Assembly: GCF_965247405.1 (NCBI RefSeq)
Contig: NZ_OZ252014.1
Location: 2,938,569-3,002,568 of the forward strand
DNA: 64,000 nucleotides
From: Ekhidna sp.
GTDB lineage: Bacteria > Bacteroidota > Bacteroidia > Cytophagales > Cyclobacteriaceae
Direction of reading: 5' to 3'
Shown: positions 63,091 to 64,000 of the stretch, in pieces
Position numbering within the stretch: position 1 is the first letter of the stretch
Layout of the letters: every line of letters starts with the position of its first letter
Translations under genes and position numbers: made by a program
Notes under the pieces: model-generated
Seen by the model: the letters and a program-made list of their open reading frames with translations, nothing else
Told to the model about the DNA's origin: nothing
Database searches by the model: none

Positions 63091-64000
63091 TTAAATGGAT
63101 TCGATGATTTCTGATACCCTATCAATTTCATCGATAGAGTTGAAATAATGTGGAGATAATCGTATAGCCCAGTCAATTCCCTTGTTTGTGAAATCAAGAT
63201 AACCAGATTCTTTATTGCTCACACTGTAATAAACTTCCCTGTCGTTTAATCTTTTTTCAATTTCTTCCAGTGATTTACCATTTTTTCTGAAGGTGAGAAT
63301 ACTGCTTAAATTGGTGCCCATATCGAACATTTCTACATTTGGAATCGCTCGTAGATTGTTTCTGAATCTTCTCATTAGCTCTTTATTGTAGGCTTCAATG
63401 GGTATACTTCCTACTTCATTCAAATAGCGAATGGCCTCAGATAATCCAACAAGCAAGGCATAGGGTTTTTCCCACATTTCAAATCTCTTGGCACCTTCAA
63501 GTAGAGTAAAGTCATTTTCCTGATCCCAAATGGCACCTGCGCCATCCAGCATAAGAGGATAGATTTCATCATCTAACACACGATCTGACACATACAGAAA
63601 TCCTGTACCTCTGGGACCTCTTAAAAATTTTCTACCTGTGGTGGATAGAAAATCGCATTTGATTTCATTGACATTTACTTCTAGCTGTCCTACTGATTGG
63701 CAGGCGTCTACCAAGTAACGAATCTCATTTTTACTGCAAATTTCCCCAATGGAATGGACGTCCTGAACCATTCCGGAGTTTGTAGGAATATGAGATACAG
63801 AAACAAGTTTTGGCATATACTTTTCCACCTTTTCCTGAAAGTCCTCTAAATCCAGATCTCCATTCTCCAGACTATTTATTCGGACAATTTTGATGTCATT
63901 GCGCTTAACCAGGGAAAAGAATTGGATGTAGTTAGAATTGTAATCGCAATCTGTGGTGATGATCACATCGTTTGGTTGAAAGTCGATACACGTCAATGCT
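63091..64000 (-). CDS. Class V aminotransferase / cysteine desulfurase-like PLP enzyme (N-terminus outside window)
   Basis: It has SVSHIPTNSG, LVDACQSVG and the PLP-lysine region STTGRKFLRGPRGTGFLYV. The frame is open to the window edge. Confidence 0.8.
   Translation of the reverse strand, partial: ALTCIDFQPNDVIITTDCDYNSNYIQFFSLVKRNDIKIVRINSLENGDLDLEDFQEKVEKYMPKLVSVSHIPTNSGMVQDVHSIGEICSKNEIRYLVDACQSVGQLEVNVNEIKCDFLSTTGRKFLRGPRGTGFLYVSDRVLDDEIYPLMLDGAGAIWDQENDFTLLEGAKRFEMWEKPYALLVGLSEAIRYLNEVGSIPIEAYNKELMRRFRNNLRAIPNVEMFDMGTNLSSILTFRKNGKSLEEIEKRLNDREVYYSVSNKESGYLDFTNKGIDWAIRLSPHYFNSIDEIDRVSEIIESI

Overview
This 64-kb window looks like chromosomal DNA from a marine-type Bacteroidota. The evidence is LytS/LytTR two-component pairs, PadR-FtsX pairs, DUF4290 upstream of murA, GTCATTTCGA-type intergenic repeats, a tmRNA tag resembling GENNYALAA, and a flavobacterial-type proteorhodopsin. 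Most of it is densely packed housekeeping and accessory metabolism: aroA, aroB, proline dehydrogenase, lysS, crtY, dnaX, murA, pepP, RidA, SDRs, an M16 peptidase and an MltD-like transglycosylase. Five items stand out. (1) A 9.2-kb integrative element (37190-46426) sits in the 3' end of the tmRNA gene ssrA. It is bounded by a perfect 29-bp direct repeat and carries a tyrosine integrase. Its virion module is reduced to prohead protease, HK97-type capsid, a gp10-like ORF and a tape measure protein. No ORF is large enough to be a portal or large terminase, so it is either a phage-satellite-like element or a multiply deleted prophage. Older decayed att copies lie beside it. (2) dnaX is split at an A10 run. 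The zero frame stops 6 codons after the run, and the -1 frame opens just before it and encodes the tau-type C-terminus. (3) A proteorhodopsin (DTE motif, Met at the spectral tuning site) lies next to blh, with crtY about 15 kb away. (4) Three paralogous LytS-type kinase/LytTR regulator pairs occur within 9 kb. (5) Several families of short palindromic or MITE-like intergenic repeats are present, together with a DUF559 gene remnant. I saw no rRNA, tRNA or CRISPR array. All protein calls rest on motifs read by eye from the supplied translations. No database search was run.
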